Below, piece after piece: positions 36,425-47,134 of a stretch of DNA of 64,000 nt. Under the pieces are notes generated by a model. The model ran no database searches. It worked only from the letters and a program-made list of their open reading frames with translations, and was not told the DNA's origin. The stretch lies in the NCBI GenBank assembly GCA_002269645.1, contig NIVC01001568.1, forward strand, positions 62,001 through 126,000. The letters are read 5' to 3'. Origin of the DNA: Macrostomum lignano (lineage: Eukaryota). A program made the position numbers and the translations under genes. The stretch's first letter is position 1, and each line of letters starts with the position of its first letter.

Positions 36425-39336
36425 TCTGGCAGCTTAGAAAAGCCGGTCTCAAAATTAAGCCATCTAAGTGTGAGTTGTTCCAGGACAAGGTTGCCTTCCT
36501 GGGGTTCGTTGTGTCTAGCCGGGGCATTGAGGCTGACCCAGCGAAGACTCAGGCTGTCCAAGAGTAGCCTAAACCGCTTTCTAAGAAACAGCTCTTATCC
36601 TTCTTAGGATTCGCGAATTACTACCGGAAATTTGTGCCGCGATTCTCAATCATCGCCACGCCTTTGTATGCCTTAGCCAAAAAGGATGCTCCGTTTCTAT
36701 GGCAACCGCATCATGAACGGGCTTTCCAGGAACTCAAACATAATCTCTGTTCACCACCAATTCTGGCGTACCCAGACTTCTCTGCCAAGGGGCGCGAATT
36801 TATTTTGGACTGCGATAGCTCGCTTGACGGCACCGGGGGTGTGCTGTACCAGCTCGGGCCAGATGGCCAAGAGCAAGTCATAGCTTACGCATCCAAAAAA
36901 TTCAACAGTAGCCAGAGAAACTACTGCGCCACCATGAGGGAGTTGCTAGGGCTCGTTCTGATGCTCGAGCACTTCCGTCCTTATCTATTAGACAAGCCTT
37001 TCACTGTCCGGGTGGACGCGGCCGCGCTCAAATGGCTGCATTCTAAGAAGCATGCCACTGGTATGCTGGCCCAATGGCTTGCCACCATTGAACTGTACCC
37101 GCTGAAGGTCCAGCAGTCCACTCTAGAACGAATAGCCGAATACGATTTCACAGTCCAGTACCGTCCAGGCGTTGACCACGTGCCTGCTGACGCTCTTAGT
37201 AGACTGCCAAAATTCAGAGCCGATCACTTTGACTGCCCGACGTGCAGCCAGATTCCAGAATTTAAGGGGAAATTCCTGGACCAAGACCCAAAGCACCGGC
37301 GTACGCCCCCCGCTAGAGAACTGCGTCAGGTGTGCGTCCAGACCATAGGCATTAGCGTAGCGTGTCAGACTGACACAGATGCCCCGGCTGAACCAACGCC
37401 GAATGTTCGTGCTACTGCTAGCGGTGCTGTTCCTAGTCCGGAGACTGAATCCCGTGAACCTGAAACCGAATCCCAAGTGCTACCTGAGCTCATCTGGGCC
37501 CAGAATGCCCAGGACTCCTGTGTTGACATGGCGCGCTTAATCGCCAGTGTCCAGGGTAAGGTTGAGCCATTGTCCAAGGCCGAACTGCAGGGTTGTAGCC
37601 GGGAAATGCGCTCACTCTGGGCTCAATTCAATGACCTTGAAGTAGTCGAGGGCCTATTGTACTTAGCCAAACCTTCCAAAGCCAAGACTGCCAGCAGGCG
37701 CCTGGTGGTGCCTGAAACCGCAGACGTCAGTCATCTGGTCCTTCAGTATCATGGCCATTTGAACCATTGCGGTATCACCAAGACGATGGCCGCCCTGAAG
37801 GCGCGCTTCGTTATTTCCGACTTAGATACTATAGTCAAGGGGGTCCTGGCCGAATGCACCGTTTGCGCTAAGACTAAGAAGTCAAAGCGTAAGCTCAAGG
37901 CCCCTATGCAACCAGAACTGTCCGGCTACCCGAACCAGGTTGTCCACGTGGACCACGCAGGCCCATTCGAAGAGTGTGAGGGGTACAAGTACCTGCTGGT
38001 TATGATTGACCGGTTCACCGGGTTTGTCGAAGTAGTTCCTGTTTCCGACGTCAGCGCAGAGACCACTGCCACAACCATCCTGACTGAATGGGTTGCCAGG
38101 TATGGGGTGATGGAGCAGTTGGTGTCTGATAACGGAACTGCCTTCATCAATAGTACCATGATAGAATTAACTAGGCTCCTACAGATTGACATGGGTCGGA
38201 TCACAGCCCGTCGCCCTCAGGCTAACGGTAAAGCTGAGAGGATGATCCAGACGGTGAAAACCCAGATTAGAGCCATCTGTCTTGAGAGACAATGCGACTG
38301 GCCCCTTGCCAGCCGCCTGGCCGCCATGTCAATCCGTGCCACAGTCGCCGAATCCACCGGATTTACTCCAGCCAAACTTTTCTTCGGGCGTGAGTTCGAA
38401 CTGCCGCTCGACCTCTGTCACAATCCACCGCCAAATGAGCACTACCAGCCGGAGAGGTACGCCCACCAGTTGCACCGCACGCTAGTCGAAACCTCTGCCC
38501 TAGCCCGCCGCACTAGGGGTAAAGCCCAGGAAAGGCAGAAAAGGTATTACGACCGCCGCGCCCTCCGCGCTGAGTTCCACGAGGGAGAATTAGTCTGGGT
38601 CTTGAACCCGAATCACAAGGGCATAGAACCCGCTGTGTGGTTGGGGCCATACCGAGTAGTGCAGCGCTGCTCCGAGCGGACTTACCGTTTAGTCCCCGAG
38701 TATGGTCTCCTAAACCCAGCAGATCGGGTGCCAAATCCGCGCCACAACATTTACAACATTGACCGCCTCAAACCGTGTATCAGACAGCCCACTTACCAAG
38801 ACGTAGTTGACCGGTATGGTGAGGCCACCCATGCCAGGTCTCCAGCGCCTAGTGTGAACCCGCCCAGCGGCCCCACGAGCGAGCTTAGCCTCGTCACCAT
38901 TCCCCAGCCTCCCTCTGCCCGGCCAGAGAGCCCACGCAGAGCACCAGGGCCAAATCCACCACCGCCAGCTTCAGGCGCCTTTGAGGAGGGGGCGGGAGCT
39001 GAAGCTGGAGAAGGCCAACCATTCGCCGAAGCTGGCGATGCTGTAGCCATTGAGGGACAGCCACAGCCAGACACTGACACTGACAGCACAGACACTGACA
39101 CCAGCCACAGCCAAGACAGCTCAGAATCGCTGTACACGGCTTCCTTGGGGGATCCCTCCTCCGAGCAAATAGAACCACCTGAGGTTGCTGCGAATCCAGT
39201 CGCTGCGCAAGCAGCTGAACCACCAGCCCTGGCTGACGTACCCAGATCCAGGTACGGACGCCCCATCCGCCCGCCTGTCAGGTACCGGACCTGTCAAGTG
39301 TCCGACCTGCTCCAGCAGTGGGGAAGCAGACACTAA
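36425..39336 (+). pseudogene. pol: Pol fragment (RT C-terminus, RNase H, integrase) of Gypsy-B
   Basis: KIKPSKCELF..AFLG, W-to-TAG stop at ~36565, LDCDSS, HVPADALSR, HVDHAGP, SDNGTAF, NGKAER, WLGPY. Confidence 0.9.
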
Positions 39337-39349
39337 CCGCCAGTTTTTC

Positions 39350-39573
39350 ACGCCCCGGGCAAGGCGTAAAACTAACTCCTGTGGCACCTGCCGGCCACAG
39401 GTCACTGCGGCACCTGTAGACCGCAAGCTCACGCCCCGGGCAAGGCGTAAAACTACCTCCTGTGGCACCTGCCGGCCACAGGTCACTGCGGCACCTGTAG
39501 ACCGCAAGCTCACGCCCCGGGCAAGGCGTAAAACTACCTCCTGTGGCACCTGCCGGCCACAGGTCCCTGCGGC
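39350..39573 (+). repeat. 81-bp tandem repeat (~2.8 copies) in the Gypsy-B 3' UTR
   Basis: Units start at 39350, 39431 and 39512. Confidence 0.95.
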
Positions 39574-40254
39574 ATTTGCCAGCCACAGACCACAAAACAC
39601 AAGCCGAAATTTAATTATGACATGAATATTATAAATATAAAAGTTGTCAAAAATATTCTGTAGTATATCTCTGCCTGCATCGGCGTTGCCGTAGTCTATA
39701 AGGTACACAAGGGCGCGTATGCCCCTGTAAGCCTAATATGACGACAATATGAATATTATATAAATAGTAATAGCATGAATAGTATAAACATTATAGCAAG
39801 GACAAAAATAATTAAAATAATTGATAGCTTAGAATAATCCTATTGCATCCGTTCGGTGTTGCCGAAGTCCATGAAATGTATAAGAGCGTCACCTCTGACG
39901 TTAATACCCCAAAACCATATAATGTGCAATATACGGTTGGTAATTAAAACATACCAACTGGCGACTAGTAAAACTCATAAGTAACTCAAAAAGAATAAAA
40001 ACGGAAAAAACCCTTTGAAAACTTGAAAAATATGCATATAGGAATATAGCTAGCTCAGTTCGCTACTCAGCCATGGACGAGTGCAGCATCGCTCTCACTT
40101 TCATCAAAAATGAGTTGCAGCTCGTCACCAAATTTCGCAAATTTTGTAAATTTCAAGGGAATAATCATAGGTATATATAGCTTGTGTGGGATGAAAGTAG
40201 ATAAAATAATTTCAACATACACACACGCACATACACACGCACCTGCACACGTTC

Positions 40255-40730
40255 TCTGCCTGGGCGCTCTCGCGCCGTCTCTGTTTGGCGCGTGGCGCCG
40301 TTTCCTGCCTTCGCGCGTGGCGCCGTTCCTGCCTGGCGCGCTGCGCCGTCTCTGCCTTGGCGCGCTGCGCCGTTCCTGCCTGGCGCGCTGCGCCGTCTCT
40401 GTTTGGCGCGTGGCGCCGTTTCCTGCCTTGGCGCGCTGCGCCGTTCCTGCCTGGCGCGCTGCGCCGTCTCCTGCCTTGGGCGTTTTTGCGCCGTTCTCCG
40501 CCTGGCGCGCCGCGCCGTTCTCCTGCCTTGGCGCGCTGCGCCGTCTCCCGCCTTGGCGCGCTGCGCCGTTCTCCGCCTGGCGCGCTGCGCCGCCTCCTGC
40601 CTTGGGCGCTCCTGCGCCGTCTTCGCCTTGGCGCGCCGCGCCGTGTCTCCGCCTTGGGCGCTCCTGCGCCGGTTTCCTCCCGCCTTGGCGCGCCGCGCCG
40701 TGTCCCGCCGCCCTTGACGCTTGGCGTCGT
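40255..40730. repeat. GC-rich minisatellite (~20-22 nt unit, gccttggcgcgctgcgccgt) in the Gypsy-B 3' UTR
   Basis: Roughly 20 degenerate copies visible directly. Confidence 0.9.
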
Positions 40731-41256
40731 TTGCCCGCAGTTGTCCGGACTGTGTCTCTGTGCCGTGCCTCTGCTCTGCATCCTTTGCCTCATCCACCTT
40801 GTCATCCTTGTTCTGTGTTTTGCCTCATCCATCGTATCACTTCTGCGCGTCCTTTGTCGTTTTATGGTCGCGCGCCACGCGCTCTGTTCTGCGCTACTTT
40901 GTAACCATTGTTATATTTTGTTATGCTTTCGTAACGCCACCATACTATACTACTCGCGCTCACCGCGCTCTACTGCTCTGTAATCCACCTACCGTCCCCT
41001 TTGTAATGTTCTGTAACTTCCTGTAATCCTACCACCTGTTCTGTAATTTTGACTTCGATTATTCAGCCACTTGTAAGCCTGTGGGTTAGTAATCCCTAAG
41101 GCCTCCAATAATCGTATGCTCATATAAACTGACTCAACCCCACTGTAATTCATTCTACTGTAATTTCATATGCTGCGGTCATGCTGTGTTTCTGCCGTCA
41201 CCCCGCGTGTTGGTTTTCTTTTGCGTGACCCTATCCTTTTTCGGAAGGGAGGCGGG

Positions 41257-42084
41257 TGTGACGTTGCTAGTTTAAGTGGTCCCGCAAAAGGGCCGTTGGA
41301 CTGCTGTTTCTCTATAGTTTCAACCCTTCAGTTTCACCGTTTCAACTAAACTTTTCCATTTGTTTATTGCGACGTTTACTTGTAGTAGTGCCCAACGATT
41401 TTGTGGCAATTTCTAATTCACTGTATATTTTGCTATCCTCTCTCGCGACCGTATAATTTTGGCACGATCGATAATTTCAAGTTCTCTCGCCAGCCAATGA
41501 AAACTCTCCGTGTTTACGCTACCCCCTTTTGCGCTCTTTATTAACCTTCGCCTGGCGGACTGGGGGCTTCCCTTGTGTTCTGTGTTCTCTCTCCCTAGGC
41601 TTGTCCTCCGTCCCGTCTGGCTTGCCTAGCCTTGTCTAGCCTTGTTTTCCTTCTCTCTGTCTGGCTGCCTCGAGCCTCCTTTATCTCACGCCACGGCTGA
41701 CGCCAACCTCGCCACTGCTCATCTACTGCTCATCTACTGCTCATCTACTGCGTCTCACCGCCTTCACTGTGCTCATTGCCATTGCTCATCACGTTACATC
41801 GCCATTGCACCGTTCGTCTGTCACTTGACTTCATATCCAACTTGTCTTCAACCATTGTTGCAGCCGCCAGTGCCCAGAAAGCTATAGTTTGTTTATTGAC
41901 ATAAATTTTAACCAAGCCTAATATTGATACTACCAATAAAACCAACTACGGCAGTTCCTGCCTTTATCGCCAAGTGCTCCGCTACAAAATCCGCTTTACA
42001 AGAGTTGACTTCAACTTACTTTGGGACTAAAACGGCCCTTTTAAGGGTCATAGCATAGCTAGCCGCTACGCCAACATCGTGACA
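41257..42084 (+). repeat. 3' LTR of Gypsy-B, 828 bp
   Basis: Follows the PPT; tgtgacg...cgtgaca termini; aataaa at ~41935; Polinton sequence resumes after it. Confidence 0.8.
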
Positions 42085-42396
42085 AGGACTATATCTCATA
42101 TCTTGGTTGAACAAAAGAATTCTTTTTTGATTGGTTAAATTTCACAAGAAATTATTGTGTCAAAAGATTATACTGGAATGTTAGATATTGATCATTTCAT
42201 CCCCGCTTCCTCATTTAGTTACAAAGACGAAAATCAGATGAAAAAGTCTGAACATTGGACAAATAAAAGATACTTAACTAGTGTAGATAATCGCTATAAA
42301 AAAGTTAAACAACCAACCATTGAAGTTTTTGCAAAACAATTGGTGCTATCGTGTATTTTTAAGGCTATTAAAAATGAGCAATCAATTAGTATTTGA
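42085..42396 (+). pseudogene. HNH endonuclease-like gene, C-terminal part
   Basis: LDIDHFIPASSF..HWTNKRYL..DNRYK matches the IDHIIP.S.F..HWTNL.PL..N..K pattern of viral HNH proteins; 5' part removed by the Gypsy-B insertion/deletion. Confidence 0.6.
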
Positions 42397-43955
42397 AGGA
42401 GGATTGTTGGATATTCAAAAAGGATTAACAAGCTTACCGCCAATCTTTACTACTGGAAAATATACAAATGAATTACACATTCCTGGGTACTCGTTTGCAG
42501 GTTATCCCGTGGCCTGAGTGGTAGAAGCAAAGCTACTGCTAGTCACTATTTGTGGTGACATCTTCAAATTGCGTGAAACCCGTCATAAAGCTTCAAGTAC
42601 CACTTCAACTGAGAAATCTTTTGAAGGAACAGAGGTAACTCCTCTTCCCAATGGTAACAAGCTTGAAGACACGGCGGCAATGCGCAGCCAAGCTCCTAAG
42701 TATTTAAATATACTCGTAAGGAGAAGGTTCAGAGAGCAGACGGAGATGGGCGGTAATTTATCTGCTTAAGGTGTGCTCCAGCCTCTTTCGAAAGATTGAG
42801 GGTAAACTACCGGGGACGCGATTGGATTTGAGATTAAATCCTGACAATACTCCAAAAGCCAATTCAATTCCCATTAATGGCATTGATTGGTTAGCATATT
42901 ATCATGACTTAGCATACAGAGATGCTGACAAAAACTCGCCCGAGGAAGCATTAAGATTAAAGCATGAGGCCGATAAAAAAATGATTGAAGGATTAGATAA
43001 TCTACAGGGATTATCAGTGAGCCAAAGATTAACTAGGTGGATGGTTAAAAAGATCTTGCAATCTAAAGTTAAATTTGGTTTAGGAATTAATTACAACCAA
43101 CATGGAAATAATTGTGTCGAGTGTTTGTTGTTAGGTGGTAGTGGGCTAAGTTCTGATGAGGCAAAGGTTCTTCATAAAGAATACCGAAAACCTAAATTTT
43201 ATAGAAAAATCATGAACTTCAAAAAGAATGAAATTTGGTATGCTGATTTAATGTCAATGCCGAATGAAAGAGGATATAAATATATCTTAACCATACTAGA
43301 TGGTTTTACTCGATATGCGTGGGCTGTTCCTTTAAAATCCAAAACAGGAGAAGAAGTTGCTGCTGCTTTTAGAAGCCTTGGAGAAAAAAGTGAAATGTTG
43401 TGTGTTGACGAAGGAAAAGAATTTTACAATCCTCACATGTATAAATTGTATCATTTTGAAAAAGGACAAGAAAGGAAAAAGGACGCGAATGGGGAGTATA
43501 TTAATAAAATTTATTCTATTTATGGAGAAAGTAAAAACGCATTAATAGAAAGATTTATTCGAACTTTGGGGAAGAAATTGTGGTTTCAGTTTAGTCTGAA
43601 TGGTAACCAAAAATGGGTAAAAATATTACCAGACGTAGTGAAAGATTATAATAATTCATATCATTCAGCTATAAAGATGACTCCTCAACAAGCTTATAAC
43701 AATCCTGAAAATGTTAAAGTTGCCTTTAGGGACTTTGAAAAAAATAAAAAGAAACCTTTTAAGGTTGGTGATTCTGTGTATATCTATAAATGGAAAGATA
43801 AGTTTGAAAAGGGAAGAAAAGGATATTGGAAAATAAGTGAGAAATTTACTATCAGTAAAGTTTTAAATACAAATCATACAACCTATATCATTGCTGATAA
43901 GGATGGTGAAGAAATATTGGGTTTGTTTCATGAGAACCAGCTAATGTTAGTTTAA
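42374..43955 (+). CDS. Parvovirus-type phospholipase A2 fused to the Polinton retroviral-like integrase; 2 exons (42374-42502, 42810-43955), 424 aa after splicing
   Basis: Joined exons read LHIPGYSFAG|PGTRL..PINGIDWLAYYHDLAY (Ca loop and HD motif), then with no stop WYADL / VDEGKEF / IERF (DDE) and FKVGD..FEKG. Confidence 0.85.
42503..42809 (+). ncRNA. Group I intron, subgroup IC1-like, 307 nt
   Basis: P AAATTGCGTGAAA (42566), Q AATGCGCAGCC (42679), R GTTCAGAGAGCAGA (42727), S AAGGTGTGCTCC (42768); P1 with U.G at the 5' splice site; P2, P2.1, P3, P4, P5abc (GAAA loop), P6, P7, P8, P9 and P10 all pair; removal restores the PLA2 frame. Confidence 0.92.
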
Positions 43956-44058
43956 TTTAGACTTTTAATGAATCTAGGGGGTCATTTTGATCTTGTTTTC
44001 GTTTACCATTAATCAGTACTGAAATTGTAATAATTAATATAAGTAATGCAATTATTAG

Positions 44059-45653
44059 TGATGTGGCCGCAGCCTTCTGCTGCAAGCATAGGGCCGCAGT
44101 CACATCTTAGGCACTGTTGTCCGCTGCTAGTATCTGGAATAGGAATTTTCTGCTGCATCCATGCACTCTAAGCAGCCCTCCTTGGCGCTCAGAAGTTGCA
44201 CAATATGGCGCAATCTTAAACATAGGAAATTAGGAAGTTTGCCTAGCCTAGGGTTAGTTAGTGGAAGCCGCCAAATTTGGCGCTTGCCTGTACTGTTGTT
44301 GCCTGGCCTGCCGCGTACAATCGCTCAGTGTACGCAAGTCTAGTTAGCCGCACTCCTCCCCCGTGCGCTCTCTGGACCCTTCCCCTTCTGCTCTCTCGTT
44401 CCTCCTGCGTCCGAGCCTCTCCCCATGCGTCATTCTATTTTTAGACTGAGGGTTTCGCGGACCCCGTGTCCCGAGCTGAACCCTCCCTCACGTGCTGCCT
44501 TGTGCGCACAAGCCCAAATTTGGCATGCTATTGTCACTGGTGGCTGGAGGCGACTGTCGGCGCTTCGTACAAGCTACTTTCTCCCCCATGTTTAATCAAT
44601 ATCTGTTGTGCATCATTATCCGCACTTTTCGGGCTGCAGTTCCATGGTCAAGCCACGGAATGCCCAAACGCTCCACCATCCGCGTTCTATATTAACGAAT
44701 GCAGGCCCGCTTGTCTGATTTTTCCTCAGAACCGCCTCGTGAGGACTTGTCGAGAGCTTTCTCCAAGTCTAGCGCTCTAGCGCCGGTTAACAGCGAAGCA
44801 AAAGCTCCTGAGCAGGTCTTGGTAGAGCTATAAGCATCGCTAAGCAGCTGCAAGCTCCTGAGCAGGTCTTGGTAGAGCATTGCAGCGCTCAAGCTGAAAG
44901 CACGCTCCTGAGCAGGTCTTGGTAGAGCATTGCTAGTGCTATAACTCTGGTTTTCCAGCCTACCCTATTGGCAGGAAATCAGTTAGCTGAAGCCATTCTG
45001 CTAGTGTCTATTCGCGACACAGGCGCGAATAAGAGTGAGAGTGATTGTGCAGTCGCAGCACTCGTGCGCGATTCTAAGAACTAGCTGTAGTTTTATAGGC
45101 CTAGAGTCTATTGCTGCTTCAGGCGCATAGACCTATTCCTCGCCGCCCATCTGCGCGAGACGTAGCTATTAGGTTAGTAGGAGTTAGGGGTCCTCTGAGA
45201 GCTAAACTCAGACACGCTCAAGCGCGGACAATTGTCAGTGCCAGGACTGCGCCGCTCAGGCCATTTGCTACCATTGAGTCCTGTCACTTGGACGTTGAAA
45301 TATCTGAGACTAGTTGTTCTAGCGTTATTTATTTGCGTGGAGCCCAAACAGACCCCTTCATTGCGGATCCTACGGTTCCCACGCTGGTGGCAGCACTACC
45401 CTTAATTTTAGAATTCTCCCCAGTCACAGTCCCCATAAGCGTGCTTGCTAAGGTTGCCTCGGCCAATAGCAGTCCGCCTCACCCTAGCAGCCAGATACCG
45501 AGACACTTCACTGGTGACAGCGGTGGGATACCAAGATCTTCAGGCCCAGATCCGAGCAACCCCAAATTTTAAAGCACGTCACTGGTGGCAGCGGTGGGAT
45601 ACCAAGATCTTCAGGCCCAGATCCGAGCAACCCCAAATTCTTAAAGCACGTCA
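44059..45653 (+). repeat. 5' LTR of Gypsy-C (~1.6 kb)
   Basis: TG..CA ends; internal ctcctgagcaggtcttggtagagc repeats at 44800-44930; the last 700 bp match the 3' copy. Confidence 0.8.
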
Positions 45654-45675
45654 CTGGTGGAGCAGCGGTGGGATT
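45583..45675 (+). promoter_or_regulatory. Primer-binding sites complementary to the tRNA-Leu 3' end
   Basis: TGGTGGCAGCGGTGGGAT (45583-45600) complements ATCCCACCGCTGCCA-CCA; a 2-nt-insertion variant is at 45655 and another variant at 45512. Confidence 0.75.
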
Positions 45676-45883
45676 ACGATACCGACTCCAACTCCAGACC
45701 AAATAGTTAGGAAGTTTAGTAGTGAAGCAGCTGTTGGGAATACCATACCAATAAGCGCTCAAGAGGGAACAGCATCCTATCAGTTAGTAGATAGATTTCC
45801 TAGTATATCAGCTATTAGTATTAGATCGCGCGAAGCTCGCTGCAAATTAGAATCAGTTGAATTCTCGCCTTATAAAAGTGAGA

Positions 45884-47134
45884 ATGTCATTGAACCGATC
45901 CCGTTCGTTAGAGAGTGGTTCAGAGCAAATTCCGAATGAGAACAGGGGCGCAGCCTCCGCTGCAGCCGCATCTTCATGCGCTAGCCCTGATGATGGCATA
46001 TTTGGAGCAGACGCAGACTTCATTAGAGGTCTTGGCGCAGGCGTGAATGCTAACCTGCTGCAAAACCTGCTCGTTAATATGAACAGGCAGATGAATCTGC
46101 AGACTAAAAAGCAGATTAAAATCGCCAAGTACAAGCCATCAATGGACATTCGAATTTGGCTCGAAATGTTTGAGATGAAGTGTGAGAGAGAAGAAGTCTA
46201 TGACATGAGATAGAGGAAAGCTTTAATCATGGATAGCCTAGATATGGAGACTGCCCTCGCCGCAGTTCTGCATATGAAGCTACCACATGATCTTCCTTAT
46301 CACAGCTTTCGGGAGCAGCTCATTGAGCGCTTCGAGAAGCTTGGCGGCCCAAACGCCTATAGGGAAGAATTTCGCTCTCGATTACAGCGAAAGAACGAGT
46401 CAGTTGATGACTACGCTGAAACGCTTCAGGCACTCGGAGAACAAGCGTACCCGAACCTGAGAGCTGACCAGATTGAGATAGAGCTCGTAGATGCCTTCAC
46501 CCGCGGTGTACGCGTAAGCCCTGACACTCGCGAAAAGCTTCTACTGATGCAACCGGCTACGATTATGGAGGCAAAGCGTGCGCTCAAGCGCATAGAAGCG
46601 GCGCGAGAGTTCGCCAATCGAACTCGTGACGCTCCCGTCAGGATGATGCAAGATGACTCGCGATCATCAGAGCATGCCATCCCCAAAGGCCTCCAAGAGT
46701 TGATGACTAGGCAGACAGCCGCGCTGGAACGCCAGCAGCAGGCTACGCAGCAGTTGCTTGAGCTTGTAAGCTCGCAAAGCGCGTGTCCGCCAAGACTGCA
46801 GCAGCCGAGAGCTGCGCATCACCAGCAGTCCCGCTGGTCGAGCAACGTCGAGATTCCGAGATACCGACAGCGTGCAACATGCTATAGCTGTGGCCAGGAA
46901 GGCCATCTTCTCGGACAATGCCAGCGCTACAAAGAGCAGCAAGCGCTCGGAAAGCGCTATTCGTGTGAACGCTGCGGAGAGTCAGGACATGCTGTCCAAG
47001 ACTGTCCCGCGCGTGGTGTTGATCGACAGTACAAGAAGAAAGTTTCGGGAAACGGCGCCGCAGGCGGTTGCGACGGCAACAACCCCTGCGTCAACAGCCA
47101 AGAGCCCGCAGCCAAGAACACCCGGCGACAGTAA
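45884..47134 (+). pseudogene. gag: Gag of Gypsy-C with one in-frame TAG (46211-46213)
   Basis: ORFs 45857-46213 and 46229-47134 are in the same frame; CYSCGQEGHLLGQC and CERCGESGHAVQDC. Confidence 0.85.
47047..47095 (+). promoter_or_regulatory. -1 frameshift signal of Gypsy-C
   Basis: G-GGA-AAC at 47047-47053 in the gag frame, followed by hairpin gcagg-c-ggttg..caacc-cctgc; pol is in the -1 frame. Confidence 0.8.

Larger units (their letters stand above)
36420..42084 (+). mobile_element. 5'-truncated Ty3/Gypsy element (Gypsy-B)
   Basis: Starts abruptly mid-RT; RH and IN present; PPT ggaagggaggcggg at 41243-41256, then an LTR. Confidence 0.9.

Noticed and set aside
40110-41026. Several 200-260 aa ORFs on both strands
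   Set aside because: By-product of a stop-free GC-rich minisatellite.
42518-42769. 83-aa ORF (MVEAKLLL..) and the GTG start of ORF 42771
   Set aside because: Both lie within the group I intron core; no endonuclease motif; artefacts of ORF calling.
45111-45572. Identical 153-aa ORFs at 45111 and 52363
   Set aside because: LTR sequence with a TTG start and no motifs; identity reflects LTR duplication.
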